Notes under the pieces: model-generated
The model's input: only the letters and a program-made list of their open reading frames with translations
Database searches by the model: none
Told to the model about the DNA's origin: nothing
Source: Balanoglossus misakiensis
Lineage: Eukaryota; Animalia; Hemichordata
Assembly: GCA_040954595.2 (NCBI GenBank)
Contig: CM082595.2
Span: forward strand, 9,413,918-9,477,917
DNA: 64,000 nt
Direction of reading: 5' to 3'
Shown: positions 1-14,800 of the stretch, piece after piece
Layout: the number at the start of each line of letters is the position of its first letter
How positions within the stretch are numbered: position 1 is the stretch's first letter
Position numbers and translations under genes: made by a program

Positions 1-37
1 GTAGATATAAACAGAACATTGTGGCTGTATTCATTAA

Positions 38-328
38 AGGGACAAAGTCTCTCTCTCGCTGCCCTTTTTCCATTAATTATGTTTGATACAAGACTGCGTT
101 TATATTATTCTACATATGGATATAGTGAACCAACGTTCAACCATACACACCTTCCACCCCGCTTGTATAGACACGAGAGTTTTAAAAAGTAGCCAAAATG
201 AATAAACGGTCTCTACCATTTATTCATTTCGGGCGAGTTTTTACTCTCGTATCATACAAGCCGGATGGAAGTTGTGTGTGGTTGAACGTTCATTCACTAA
301 CATAAACGGTGTCTTGTATCATGTCCCT
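38..328. mobile_element. Palindromic MITE with TTAA target-site duplication (Kolobok/T2-like)
   Basis: TTAA (34-37) AGGGACA ... TGTCCCT TTAA (329-332). The interior is a long imperfect palindrome centred near 212 (e.g. aacgttcaaccatacac / gtgtgtggttgaacgtt; aaatgaataaa / tttattcattt). No coding capacity. Confidence 0.8.
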
Positions 329-677
329 TTAACACTTTTGAAGCATTTTACTAATGCTAACATGACTAGACCAATTGAATGATGTTACATTGCAGGTTAT
401 CAACTCAGAGGGGCGTCTTGTTATAAAGCGGTACCTGACAAACAATCAGCTGGCAACGCTGAAAATACCTGTCAGTCGTAAGTATGAAAGTATACATCAT
501 TTGAGTAGAATTTTACGGGAGTTCCTAACAAGGCTTGGACATGTCACGCACAAATACAAAGGGCGCGTATAAAGACAGACAAAACCTCGCTCAGTGTGAG
601 GTGTTCAGCGATTGCATCTGATAAGTCGAAAATGCTTGATCACGTGTCATGTTCAGTTGGGAAATTGGATATGTCTC

Positions 678-938
678 AGGCCAAAAAAACTAATATGTGC
701 TATTCCGATTACATGGTTTTCAAAAATATTGTAGGTAGAAAGGGACATTTTTTTATTTTTCAATTTTTTTTATATCTTTGGCCGTCGTAGTGTAGAAGAA
801 TGACATCATAGTTCTTGCGTGATTCTCGCAATTTTCATGAATTGTTTTATATTTGACATCGTTATTTTTACTTCCGGTTTGCGAAGATCTAAACTGTTTT
901 GGGTCGGCGGGCTAAAATTAGGGTAGTTCGGGTAATCG
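678..938. repeat. Possible degenerate MITE remnant
   Basis: aggccaaaaaaa...attccgattac at the left end and gggtcggcggg...tagggtagttcgggtaatcg at the right resemble a common invertebrate MITE layout (recalled). Only a 7-bp inverted match (cgattac/gtaatcg) is directly visible. Confidence 0.3.
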
Positions 939-1109
939 TTATGACATTGGGAGCTACGGCTGCAAAGCCATGTGTCTCGTGCGAAAAGGGCCCTTAACCT
1001 TTTGCAATATTTAACAGCAAACAACAGACAGTTTTGAGAATAAAAGGTTTCCGTCGTGTCTGACTTTCATATCGCATTAATAGCATATCCCTAATTTTAA
1101 AGAAATTAG

Positions 1110-1350
1110 GAGAGACAGAGTGAAACAGGCAGAGTGGCAGACAGACACAAGCAGACAGACAGAGCAACATTCATCAGTAGAGACACTCACCGGTCGCTCG
1201 CTCGCTCGCTCGCTCACTCTCTCTCTCAGAGAGAGGGGGCAGACAGTCAGACAGACCGACGTTGACAGACAGTCAGTAAGTCAGTCAGCCAGTTAATCAG
1301 TCAGTCAGACGTCAAAGACACAGTGACACAAACACAGCGAGGGAGACAAC
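1110..1350. repeat. Compound simple-sequence repeats
   Basis: Degenerate (GACA)n, (TCGC)n at about 1194-1215, (CT)n and (AGTC)n runs. Confidence 0.8.
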
Positions 1351-2838
1351 AGGACCTTTCATGCTTAAACCCCTGTTCTTCTGTTATAAACTTTGAAAAC
1401 CGTTCGTTTTCAGACTGCAGATTGCTCGAATAACGCGACACACTGCCGAAACAATAAAACAAATACTAGTGGGAGCTCATAAAATAAAATCGCTCAACCA
1501 TTCCGTCGTCCTGAGTGACCTCAGCCACATTAATTCCGACGTCTTTTTAGGGTCATGAAAAAAGTCACAAATAAGGTATTTCCCCTAGGTCCACCTGAAG
1601 CAAAAAGTTTTCGTTTCGACTCCATCATTCCGAATAGTAAGAAAGCAACAAAATTGAAAAGACAGATGTAAAATGCAATCTCTCTCACGTGGTAACGTTT
1701 GTAACTATGGCAATCACGGTACGTGTTCAGTACACAGACAGGGAGAAAAGTTTCTCCATGCAATACATGTGTTCAGTAAGGTTTGACCTTGGTTTTACTT
1801 TGTACCATGACCGCCGCTTTCTAAGCATGGATGAACGACGGCGGTCAGACCCAATCGAACCCTTTCATGTCAGATGACCACGGTATCTCCAGTGTGAGAT
1901 GACATTTGACAAACCATTTGATTTCAACAAAATCTTCGCGTCGTCAACGCGTCGCATACCAGTCGCATATCGGTATTTACCCAATCATAAAAGTTGGAAA
2001 TTCGGGAGACTCGATCTGCAACCAAGTTGAGAGTAAATTTTGACGTTTGACTATTGGCAAGTAAACAGGTTACACAATGACTTGTCGGTTTTTCCTCCGT
2101 CATGGTCGTTCTTGACCCAAGTGTCCTTCCTTGACATTTAGACACACCTTGCGGTATGACCTTGGTGGTCATGTGCAATTAGTTTTCTTGTATAAGACGC
2201 TTTTCATGCCGGGGTAGACGACTTGTGCGTGGATCATCAACATTTCAGTGATATTTCAACGCAAAGTTTTAGCAATATTGAGAAAACAGGTAGTGAGGTG
2301 TCAAATGCATATCAATGTACGAAAATTAGGTCAAGCCACCCGACAGCAACCGCTTTCACACAGTGTCGGACGTTGCACGGAATGTGAAACGTTACACTGC
2401 TTCGGCCGTTCACATGCACCTGGGCTTGGTTTTGATTGATGGTCAAACGCCCCCACTTACTTTGGGCGTTTTCAATGGTAAATGTGTCGTATTGATCGAA
2501 ACCTTGCCGTAAACACATTTTTTTTGCTGAATCAACATTCAGAGTTCAGCCGTCTAGTTAACGAAGTATTGAAATAAGCCACTTGTTCATCATTTTTTGT
2601 CTGTCAAACGTGTTTATTCGGACAGGGACCGGCCGCCAATGAGTGGTTTAGGGAGCCCACACGTACACTCTGGTACCTGGACAATTAACAAAGACATGAC
2701 GTGTGTACCGTCCGGTTCGAAAAGATTGGTTTAAGGTAGTCCTGGTAACAGTCATCCTAACGAGGCCAGGGGAGGTCTCCAAGGGCGAAATAAACAAAGC
2801 TACCGATGACGAGTCGAATTCGAATCGGACGATGCTTG

Positions 2839-5800
2839 TTTTCGACTTTGCAAAATCTCAAAATTTCGTCGATTTTTGAAAAAAAATCATGGGTGAAAAT
2901 GCATCAAAAAATGAGAAATTTTCGACTTTGCAAAATCTCAAAATTTCGTCAATTTTGAAAAAAATCATGGGTGAAAATCATCAAAAAATGACAAATTTTC
3001 GACTTTGCAAAATCTCAAAATTTCGTCGATTTTTGAAAAAAATCATGGGTGAAAATCATCAAAAAAATGACAAATTTTCGACTTTGCAAAATCTCAAAAT
3101 TTTGTTGATTTTTGAAAAAAATCTTAGGTGAAAATCATCAAAAAATGACACATTTTCGTCTTTGCAAAATCTCAAAATTTCGTCCATTTCTGAAAAAAAA
3201 TCATGGGTGAAAATCATCAAAAAATGACAAATTTTCGACTTTGCAAAATCTCAAAATTTCGTCGATTTTTGAAAAAAATCATGGGGGAAAATCATGAAAA
3301 AAATGACAAATTTTCCTCTTTGCAAAATCTCAAAATTTCGTCGATTTTTAAAAAAAGACATGGGTGAAAATCATCAAAAAATAACAAATTTTCGACTTTG
3401 CAAAATCTCAAAATTTCGTCCATTTTTGAAAAAAAATCATGGGTAAAAATCATCAAAAAATGACAAATTTTGAAAAAAAAACGGGTGAAAATCATCAAAA
3501 AATGACACATTTTCGACTTTGCAAAATCTCAAATTTTCGTCGATTTTTGAAAAAAAATCATGGTTGAAAATCATCAAAAAATGACAAAATTTTCGACTTT
3601 GCAAAATCTCAAAATTTCGTCGATTTTTGAAAAAAATCATGGGGGAAAATCATGAAAAAATGACAAATTTTCCTCTTTGCAAAATCTCAAAATTTCGTCG
3701 ATTTTTGAAAAAAAATCATGGGTGAAAATCATCAAAAAATGACAAATTTTCGTCTTTGTAAAATCTCAAAATTTCGTCCATTTTTGAAAAAAATCATGGG
3801 TGAAAATCATCAAAAAATGACAAATTTTCGACTTTGCAAAATCTCAACATTTCGTCAATTTTTGAAAAAATCATGGGTGAAAATCATCAAAAAATGACAA
3901 ATTTTCGACTTTGCAAAATCTCAAAATTTCGTCGATTTTTGAAAAAAATCATGGGGGAAAATCATGAAAAAATGACAAATTTTCCTCTTTGCAAAATCTC
4001 AAAATTTCGTCGATTTTTAAAAAAATCATAGGTTTGTCGATTTTTTAAAAAAAAACATGGGTGAAAATCATCAAAAAATGACAAATTTTGAAAAAAAAAC
4101 GGGTGAAAATCATCAAAAAATGACACATTTTCGTCGACTTTGCAAAATCTCAAAATTTCGTCGATTTTTGAAAAAAATCATGGGGGAAAATCATGAAAAA
4201 ATGACAAATTTTCCTCTTTGCAAAATCTCAAAATTTCGTCGATTTTTAAAAAAAGACATGGGTGAAAATCATCAAAAAATGACAAATTTTCGTCTTTGCA
4301 AAATCTCACAATTTCGTCGATTTTTGAAAAAAATCATGTGTGAAAATCATCAAAAAATGACAAATTTTCGACTTTGCAAAATCTCAAAATTTCGTCAATT
4401 TTTGAAAAAATCATGGGTGAAAATCATCAAAAAATGACAAATTTTCGTCTTTGCAAAATCTCAACATTTCGTCCATTTTAAAAAAAAAACGGGGGAAAAT
4501 CATCAAAAAATGACAAATTTTCGACTTTGCAAAATCTCAAAATTTCGTCGATTTTTGAAAAAAATCATGGGTGAAAATCATCAAAAAATGACAAATTTTC
4601 GACTTTGCAAAATCTCAAAATTTCGTCAATTTTTGAAAAAATCATGGGTGAAAATCATCAAAAAATGACAAATTTTGAAAAAAAAACGGGTGAAAATCAT
4701 CAAAAAATGACACATTTTCGTCGACTTTGCAAAATCTCAAAATTTCGTCGATTTTTGAAAAAAATCATGGGTGAAAATCATCAAAAAATGACAAATTTTC
4801 GTCTTTGCAAAATCTCAAAATTTCGTCCATTTTAAAAAAAAAACGGGGGAAAATCATCAAAAAATGACAAATTTTCGACTTTGCACTATCTCAAAATTTC
4901 GTCGATTTTTGAAAAAAATCATGGGGGAAAATCATGAAAAAATGACAAATTTTGAAAAAAAAAACTGGTGAAAATCATCAAAAAATGACACATTTACGAC
5001 TTTGCAAAATCACAAAATTTCGTCGATTTTGAAACAAATCATAGGTTCGTCGATTTTTTAAAAAAAAACGTGTGAAAATCATCAAAAAATGACAAATTTT
5101 GAAAAAAAAACAGGTGAAAATCATCAAAAAATGACACATTTTCGTCGACTTTGCAAAATCTCAAAATTTCGTCGATTTTTGAAAAAAATCATGGGGGAAA
5201 ATCACGAAAAGATGACAAATTTTCCTCTGCAAAATCTCAAAATTTCGTCGATTTTTAAAAAAAGACATGGGTGAAAATCATCAAAAAATAACAAATTTTC
5301 GACTTTGCAAAATCTCAAAATTTCGTCCATTTTTGAAAAAAAATCATGGGTAAAAATCATCAAAAAATGACAAATTTTCGTCTTTGCAAAAACTCACAAT
5401 TTCGTAGATTTTTGAAAAAAATCATGTGTGAAAATCATCAAAAAATGACAAATTTTCGACTTTGCAAAATCTCAAAATTTCGTCAATTTTTGAAAAAATC
5501 ATGGGTGAAAATCATCAAAAAATGACAAATTTTCGTCTTTGCAAAATCTCAAAATTTCGTCCATTTTAAAAAAAAAACGGGGGAAAATCATCAAAAAATG
5601 ACAAATTTTCGACTTTGCAAAATCTCAAAATTTCGTCGATTTTTGAAGAAAATCATGGGTGAAAATCATCAAAAAATGACAAATTTTCGACTTTGCAAAA
5701 TCTCATAATTTCGTCAATTTTTGAAAAAATCGTGGGTGAAAATCATCAAAAAATGACAAATTTTCGTCTTTGCAAAATCTCAAAATTTCGTCGGTTTTTG

Positions 5801-8800
5801 AAAAATAATATGGGTGAAAATCATCAAAAAATGACAAATTTTCGACTGCAAAATTTCAAAATTTCGTCAATTTTGAAAAAATCATGGGTGAAAATCATCA
5901 AAAAATGACAAATTTTTGACTGCAAAATCTCAAAATTTCGTAGATTTTTGAAAAAAATCATGTGTGAAAATCATCAAAAAATGACAAATTTTCGACTTTG
6001 CAAAATCTCAAAATTTCGTCAATTTTTTAAAAAATCATGGGTGAAAATCATCAAAAAATGACAAATTTTGAAAAAAAAACAGGTGAAAATCATCAAAAAA
6101 TAACACATTTTCGTCGACTTTGCAAAATCTCAAAATTTCGTCGATTTTTGAAAAAAATCATGGGGGAAAATCATGAAAAAATGACAAATTTTCCTCTGCA
6201 AAATCTCAAAATTTCGTCGATTTTTAAAAAAAGACATGGGTGAAAATCATCAAAAAATAACAAATTTTCGACTTTGCAAAATCTCAAAATTTCGTCCATT
6301 TTTGAAAAAAAATCATGGGTAAAAATCATCAAAAAATGACAAAATTTTCGACTTTGTAAAATCACAAAATTTCGTCGATTTTGAAAAAAATCATAGGTTC
6401 GTCGATTTTTTAAAAAAAAACATGGGTGAAAATCATCAAAAAATGACAAATTTTGAAAAAAAAACGTGTGAAAATCATCAAAAAATGACACATTTTCGTC
6501 GACTTTGCAAAATCTCAAAATTTCGTCGATTTTTGAAAAAAATCATGGGGGAAAATCATGAAAAAATGACAAATTTTCCTCTTTGCAAAATCTCAAAATT
6601 TCGTCGATTTTTAAAAAAGACATGGGTGAAAATCATCAAAAAATGACAAATTTTCGTCTTTGCAAAATCTCACAATTTCGTCGATTTTTGAAAAAAATCA
6701 TGTGTGAAAATCATCAAAAAATGACAAATTTTCGACTTTGCAAAATCTCAAAATTTCGTCAATTTTTGAAAAAATCATGGGTGAAAATCATCAAAAAATG
6801 ACAAATTTTCGTCTTTGCAAAATCTCAACATTTCGTCCATTTTAAAAAAAAAACGGGGGAAAATCATCAAAAAATGACAAATTTTCGACTTTGCAAAATC
6901 TCAAAATTTCGTCGATTTTTGAAAAAAATCATGGGTGAAAATCATCAAAAAATGACAAATTTTCGACTTTGCAAAATCTCAAAATTTCGTCAATTTTTGA
7001 AAAAATCATGGGTGAAAATCATCAAAAAATGACAAATTTTGAAAAAAAAAACGGGTGAAAATCATCAAAAAATGACACATTTTCGTCGACTTTGCAAAAT
7101 CTCAAAATTTCGTCGATTTTTGAAAAAAATCATGGGGGAAAATCATCAAAAAATAACAAATTTTCGACTTTGCAAAATCTCAAAATTTCGTCCATTTTTG
7201 AAAAAAAATAATGGGTAAAAATCATCAAAAAATGACAAATTTTCGTCTTTGCAAAATCTCACAATTTCGTCGATTTTTGAAAAAAATCATGTGTGAAAAT
7301 CATCAAAAAATGACAAATTTTCGACTTTGCAAAATCTCAAAATTTCGTCAATTTTTGAAAAAATCATGGGTGAAAATCATCACAAAATGACAAATTTTCG
7401 TCTTTGCAAAATCTCAAAATTTCGTCCATTTTAAAAAAAAAACGGGGGAAAATCATCAAAAAATGACAAATTTTCGACTTTGCAAAATCTCAAAATTTCG
7501 TCGATTTTTGAAAAAAATCATGGGTGAAAATCATCAAAAAATGACAAATTTTCGTCTTTGCAAAATCTCAAAATTTCGTCCATTTTTGAAAAAAAATCAT
7601 GGGTAAAAATCATCAAAAATGACAAATTTTCGTCTTTGCAAAATCTCAAATTTTCGTCGATTTTTGAAAAAAAATCATGGTTGAAAATCATCAAAAAATG
7701 ACAAAATTTTCGACTTTGTAAAATCACAAAATTTCGTCGATTTTGAAAAAAATCATAGGTTCGTCGATTTTTTAAAAAAAAACATGGGTGAAAATCATCA
7801 AAAAATGACAAATTTTGAAAAAAAAACGGGTGAAAATCATCAAAAAATGACACATTTTCGTCGACTTTGCAAAATCTCAAAATTTCGTCGATTTTTGAAA
7901 AAAATCATGGGGGAAAATCATGAAAAAATGACAAATTTTCCTCTTTGCAAAATCTCAAAATTTCGTCGATTTTTAAAAAAAGACATGGGTGAAAATCATC
8001 AAAAAATAACAAATTTTCGACTTTGCAAAATCTCAAAATTTCGTCCATTTTTGAGAAAAATCATGGGTGAAAATCATCAAAAAATGACAAATTTTCGACT
8101 TTGCAAAATCTCAAATTTTCGTCGATTTTTGAAAAAAATCATTGGGGAAAATGATCAAAAAATGACAAATTTTCGACTGCAAAATTTCAAAATTTCGTCA
8201 ATTTTGAAAAAATCATGGGTGAAAATCATCAAAAAATGACAAATTTTCGACTGCAAAAACTCAAAATTTCATCAATTTTGAAAAAAATCATGGGTGAAAA
8301 TCATCAAAAAATGACAAAGTTTCCTCTTTGCAAAATCTATAAATTTCGTCGATTTTTGAAAAATTTTCAACTTTGCAAAATCTCAAAATGTCGTCGATTT
8401 TTGAAAAAAAATCATGGGGGAAAATCATCAAAAAATGACAAATTTTCGACTGCAAAATCTCAAAATTTCGTCGATTTTTGAAATAAATCATTGTTGAAAA
8501 TTATCAAAAATTGACAAATTTTCCTCTTTGCAAAATCTCAAAATTTCGTCGATTTTTTGAAAAAAGACGGGTGAAAATCATCTAAAAATGACAAATTTTC
8601 GACTTTGCAAAATCTCAAAATTTCGTTGATTTTTGAAAAAAATCATGGGGGAAAATCATCAAAAATGACAAATTTACGACTACAAAATCTCAAAATTACG
8701 TCGATTTGTGAAAAAAAATCATGGGTGAAAATCACCAAAAAATGACAAATTTTTGACTTTGCACAATCTCAAAATTTCGTCAATTTTGAAAAAAATCATG

Positions 8801-11800
8801 GGTGAAAATCATCAAAAAATGACAAATTTTCGACTTTGCAAAATCTGAAAATTTCATCGATTTTTGAAAAAATCATGGGTGAAAATCATGAAAAAATGAC
8901 AAATTTTCGACTTTGCAAAATCTCAAAATTTGGTCGATTTTTGAAAAAAAATCATGGGTGAAAATCATCAAAAAATGACAAATTTTCGTCTTTGCAAAAT
9001 CTCAAAATTTCGTCTATTTTTGAAAATAAATCATGGGGGAAAATCATCAAAAAATGACACATTTTCGTCGACTTTGCAAAATCTCAAAATTTCGTCGATT
9101 TTTGAAAAAAATCATGGGGGAAAATCATCAAAAAATAACAAATTTTCGACTTTGCAAAATCTCAAAATTTCGTCCATTTTTGAAAAAAATCATGGGTAAA
9201 AATCATCAAAAAATGACAAATTTTCGTCTTTGCAAAATCTCACAATTTCGTCAATTTTTGAAAAAAAATCATGTGTGAAAATCATCAAAAAATGACAAAT
9301 TTTCGACTTTGCAAAATCTCAAAATTTCGTCAATTTTTGAAAAAATCATGGGTGAAAATCATCAAAAAATGACAAATTTTCGTCTTTGCAAAATCTCAAA
9401 ATTTCGTCCATTTTAAAAAAAAACGGGGGAAAATCATCAAAAAATGACAAATTTTCGACTTTGCAAAATCTCAAAATTTCGTCGATTTTTGAAAAAAATC
9501 ATGGGTGAAAATCATCAAAAAATGACAAATTTTCGTCTTTGCAAAATCTCAAAATTTCGTCTATTTTTGAAAATAAATCATGGGGGAAAATCATCAAAAA
9601 ATGACACATTTTCGTCGACTTTGCAAAATCTCAAAATTTCGTCGATTTTTGAAAAAAATCATGGGGGAAAATCATCAAAAAATAACAAATTTTCGACTTT
9701 GCAAAATCTCAAAATTTCGTCCAATTTTGAAAAAATAATGGGTGAAAATCATCAAAAAATGACAAATTTTCGACTGCAAAAACTCAAAATTTCATCAATT
9801 TTGAAAAAAATCATGGGTGAAAATCATCAAAAAATGACAAATTTTCCTCTTTGCAAAATCTATAAATTTCGTCGATTTTTGAAAAATTTTCAACTTTGCA
9901 AAATCTCAAAATGTCGTCGATTTTTGAAAAAAAATCATGGGGGAAAATCATCAAAAAATGACAAATTTTCGACTGCAAAATCTCAAAATTTCGTCGATTT
10001 TTGAAATAAATCATTGTTGAAAATTATCAAAAATTGACAAATTTTCCTCTTTGCAAAATCTCAAAATTTCGTCGATTTTTTGAAAAAAGACGGGTGAAAA
10101 TCATCTAAAAATGACAAATTTTCGACTTTGCAAAATCTCAAAATTTCGTTGATTTTTGAAAAAAATCATGGGGGAAAATCATCAAAAATGACAAATTTAC
10201 GACTACAAAATCTCAAAATTACGTCGATTTGTGAAAAAAAATCATGGGTGAAAATCACCAAAAAATGACAAATTTTTGACTTTGCACAATCTCAAAATTT
10301 CGTCAATTTTGAAAAAAATCATGGGTGAAAATCATCAAAAAATGACAAATTTTCGACTTTGCAAAATCTGAAAATTTCATCGATTTTTGATAAAATCATG
10401 GGTGAAAATCATGAAAAAATGACAAATTTTCGACTTTGCAAAATCTCAAAATTTCGTCGATTTTTGAAAAAAATCATGGGTGAAAATCATCAAAAAATGA
10501 CAAATTTTCGACTTTGCAAAATCTCAAAATTTCGTCGATTTTTGAAGAAAATCATGGGTGAAAATCATCAAAAAATGACAAATTTTCGACTTTGCAAAAT
10601 CTCAAAATTTCGTCGATTTTTGAAAAAAATCATGGGTGAAAATCATCAAAAAATGACACATTTTCGACTTTGCAAAATCTCAAAATTTGGTCGATTTTTG
10701 AAAAAAAATCATGGGTGAAAATCATCAAAAAATGACAAATTTTCGTCTTTGCAAAATCTCAAAATTTCGTCTATTTTTGAAAATAAATCATGGGGGAAAA
10801 TCATCAAAAAATGACACATTTTCGTCGACTTTGCAAAATCTCAAAATTTCGTCGATTTTTGAAAAAAATCATGGGGGAAAATCATCAAAAAATAACAAAT
10901 TTTCGACTTTGCAAAATCTCAAAATTTCGTCCATTTTTGAAAAAAATCATGGGTAAAAATCATCAAAAAATGACAAATTTTCGTCTTTGCAAAATCTCAC
11001 AATTTCATCAATTTTGAAAAAAAACATGGGTGAAAATCATCAAAAAATGACAAATTTTCGACTTTGCAAAATCTCAACATTTCGTCAATTTTTGAAAAAA
11101 AACATGGGTGAAAATCATCAAAAAATGACAAATTTTCGACTTTGCAAAATCTTAAAATTTCGTCGATTTTTGAAAAAAAATCATGGGTGAAAATCATCAA
11201 AAAATGACACATTTTCGACTTTGCAATATCTAAACATTTCGTCGATTTTTGAAAAAAAATCATGGGTAAAAATCATCAAAAAATGACAAATTTTCGACTT
11301 TGCAAAATATCAAAATTTCGTCGATTTTGAAAAAAACCATTGGGGGAAGATCATCAAAAAATGACAAATTATCGACTTTGCAAAATCTCAAAATTTCGTC
11401 CATTTTAAAAAAAAAACATGGGGGAAAATCATCAAAAAATGACAAATTATCGACTTTGTAAAATCTCACAATTTCGTCGATTTTTGAAAAAAATCATGGT
11501 TGAAAATCATCAAAAAATGACAAAATTTTCGACTTTGTAAAATCACAAAATTTCGTCAATTTTGAAAAAAATCATAGGTTCGCCGATTTTTTAAAAAAAA
11601 ACATGGATGAAAATCATCAAAAAATGACAAATTTTCGACTTTGCAAAATCTCAAAATTTCATCAATTTTTGAAAAAATCATGGGTGAAAATCATCAAAAA
11701 ATGACAAAATTTTCGACTTTGCAAAATCTCAAAATTTCGTCGATTTTTGAAAAAAAATCATGGTTGAAAATCATCAAAAAATGACAAAATTTTCGATTTT

Positions 11801-14800
11801 GCAAAATCACACAATTTCGTCGATTTTGAAAAAAATCATAGGTTCGTCGATTTTTTAAAAAAAAACATGGTTGAAAATCATCAAAAAATGACAAATTTTC
11901 GACTTTGCAAAATCTCAACATTTCGTCAATTTTTGAAAAATAACATGGGTGAAAATCATCAAAAAATGACAAATTTTCGACTTTGCAAAATCTTAAAATT
12001 TCGTCGATTTTTGAAAAAAAATCATGGGTGAAAATCATCAAAAAATGACACATTTTCGACTTTGCAATATCTAAAAATTTCGTCGATTTTTGAAAAAAAA
12101 TCATGGGTAAAAATCATCAAAAAATGACAAATTTTCGACTTTGCAAAATCTCAAAATTTCGTCCATTTTAAAAAAAAAACATGGGGGAAAATCATCAAAA
12201 AATGACAAATTATCGACTTTGTAAAATCTCACAATTTCGTCGATTTTTGAAAAAAATCATGGTTGAAAATCATCAAAAAATGACAAAATTTTCGACTTTG
12301 TAAAATCACAAAATTTCGTCAATTTTGAAAAAAATCATAGGTTCGCCGATTTTTTAAAAAAAAACATGGATGAAAATCATCAAAAAATGACAAATTTTCG
12401 ACTTTGCAAAATCTCAAAATTTCATCAATTTTTGAAAAAATCATGGGTGAAAATCATCAAAAAATGACAAAATTTTCGACTTTGCAAAATCTCAAAATTT
12501 CGTCGATTTTTGAAAAAAAATCATGGTTGAAAATCATCAAAAAATGACAAAATTTTCGAGTTTGCAAAATCACACAATTTCGTCGATTTTGAAAAAAATC
12601 ATAGGTTCGTCGATTTTTTAAAAAAAAACATGGGTGAAAATCATCAAAAAATGACAAATTTTCGACTTTGCAAAATCTCAACATTTCGTCAATTTTTGAA
12701 AAAAAACGGGTGAAAATCATCAAAAAATGACAAATTTTCGACTTTGCAAAATCTTAAAATTTCGTCGATTTTTGAAAAAAAATCATGGGTGAAAATCATC
12801 AAAAAATGACACATTTTCGACTTTGCAATATCTAAAAATTTCGTCGATTTTTGAAAAAAAATCATGGGTAAAAATCATCAAAAAATGACAAATTTTCGAC
12901 TTTGCAAAATCTCAAAATTTCGTCGATTTTTAAAAAAACCATTGGGGGAAGATCATCAAAAAATGACAAATTATCGACTTTGCAAAATCTCAAAATTTCG
13001 TCCATTTTAAAAAAAAAACATGGGGGAAAATCATCAAAAAATGACAAATTATCGACTTTGCAAAATCTCACAATTTCGTCGATTTTTGAAAAAAATCATG
13101 GGTGAAAATCATCAAAAAATGACACATTTTCGACTTTGCAAAATCTCAACATTTCGTCGATTTTTGAAAAAAATCATGGGTGAAAATCATCAAAAAATGA
13201 CAAATTTTCGTCTTTGCAAAATCTCAAATTTTCGTCGATTTTTGAAAAAAATCATGGTTGAAAATCATCAAAAAATGACAAAATTTTCGACTTTGTAAAA
13301 TCACAAAATTTCGTCAATTTTGAAAAAAATCATAGGTTCGCCGATTTTTTTAAAAAAAACATGGATGAAAATCATCAAAAAATGACAAATTTTCGACTTT
13401 GCAAAATCTCAAAATTTCATCAATTTTTGAAAAAATCATGGGTGAAAATCATCAAAAAATGACAAAATTTTCGACTTTGCAAAATCTCAAAATTTCATCG
13501 ATTTTTGAAAAAAAATCATGGTTGAAAATCATCAAAAAATGACAAAATTTTCGATTTTGCAAAATCACACAATTTCGTCGATTTTGAAAAAAATCATAGG
13601 TTCGTCGATTTTTTAAAAAAAAACATGGTTGAAAATCATCAAAAAATGACAAATTTTCGACTTTGCAAAATCTCAACATTTCGTCAATTTTTGAAAAATA
13701 ACATGGGTGAAAATCATCAAAAAATGACAAATTTTCGACTTTGCAAAATCTTAAAATTTCGTCGATTTTTGAAAAAAAATCATGGGTGAAAATCATCAAA
13801 AAATGACACATTTTCGACTTTGCAATATCTAAAAATTTCGTCGATTTTTGAAAAAAAATCATGGGTAAAAATCATCAAAAAATGACAAATTTTCGACTTT
13901 GCAAAATCTCAAAATTTCGTCGATTTTGAAAAAAACCATTGGGGGAAGATCATCAAAAAATGACAAAATATCGACTTTGCAAAATCTCAAAATTTCGTCC
14001 ATTTTAAAAAAAAAACATGGGGGAAAATCATCAAAAAATGACAAATTATCGACTTTGCAAAATCTCACAATTTCGTCGATTTTTGAAAAAAATCATGGGT
14101 GAAAATCATCAAAAAATGACAAATTTTCGACTTTGCAAAATCTCAACATTTCGTCGATTTTTGAAAAAAATCATGGGTGAAAATCATCAAAAAATGACAA
14201 ATTTTCGTCTTTGCAAAATCTCAAATTTTCGTCGATTTTTGAAAAAAAATCATGGTTGAAAATCATCAAAAAATGACAAAATTTTCGACTTTGTAAAATC
14301 ACAAAATTTCGTCAATTTTGAAAAAAATCATAGGTTCGCCGATTTTTTAAAAAAAAACATGGATGAAAATCATCAAAAAATGACAAATTTTCGACTTTGC
14401 AAAATCTCAAAATTTCATCAATTTTTGAAAAAATCATGGGTGAAAATCATCAAAAAATGACAAAATTTTCGACTTTGCAAAATCTTAAAATTTCGTCGAT
14501 TTTTGAAAAAAAATCATGGGTGAAAATCATCAAAAAATGACACATTTTCGACTTTGCAATATCTAAAAATTTCGTCGATTTTTGAAAAAAAATCATGGGT
14601 AAAAATCATCAAAAAATGACAAATTTTCGACTTTGCAAAATCTCAAAATTTCGTCGATTTTTAAAAAAACCATTGGGGGAAGATCATCAAAAAATGACAA
14701 ATTATCGACTTTGCAAAATCTCAAAATTTCGTCCATTTTAAAAAAAAAACATGGGGGAAAATCATCAAAAAATGACAAATTATCGACTTTGCAAAATCTC

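Noticed and set aside
1370-2838. Short ORFs and small hairpins (about 1808-1848, 2445-2471) left of the satellite
   Set aside because: All frames examined contain stops and no recognisable domain. The hairpins are 8-9 bp and not followed by a Helitron-type CTRR end. Left unassigned.
4467-4496. CENP-B box-like TTCG...CGGG in some monomers
   Set aside because: The spacing between TTCG and CGGG is far longer than the 7 nt of the canonical box.
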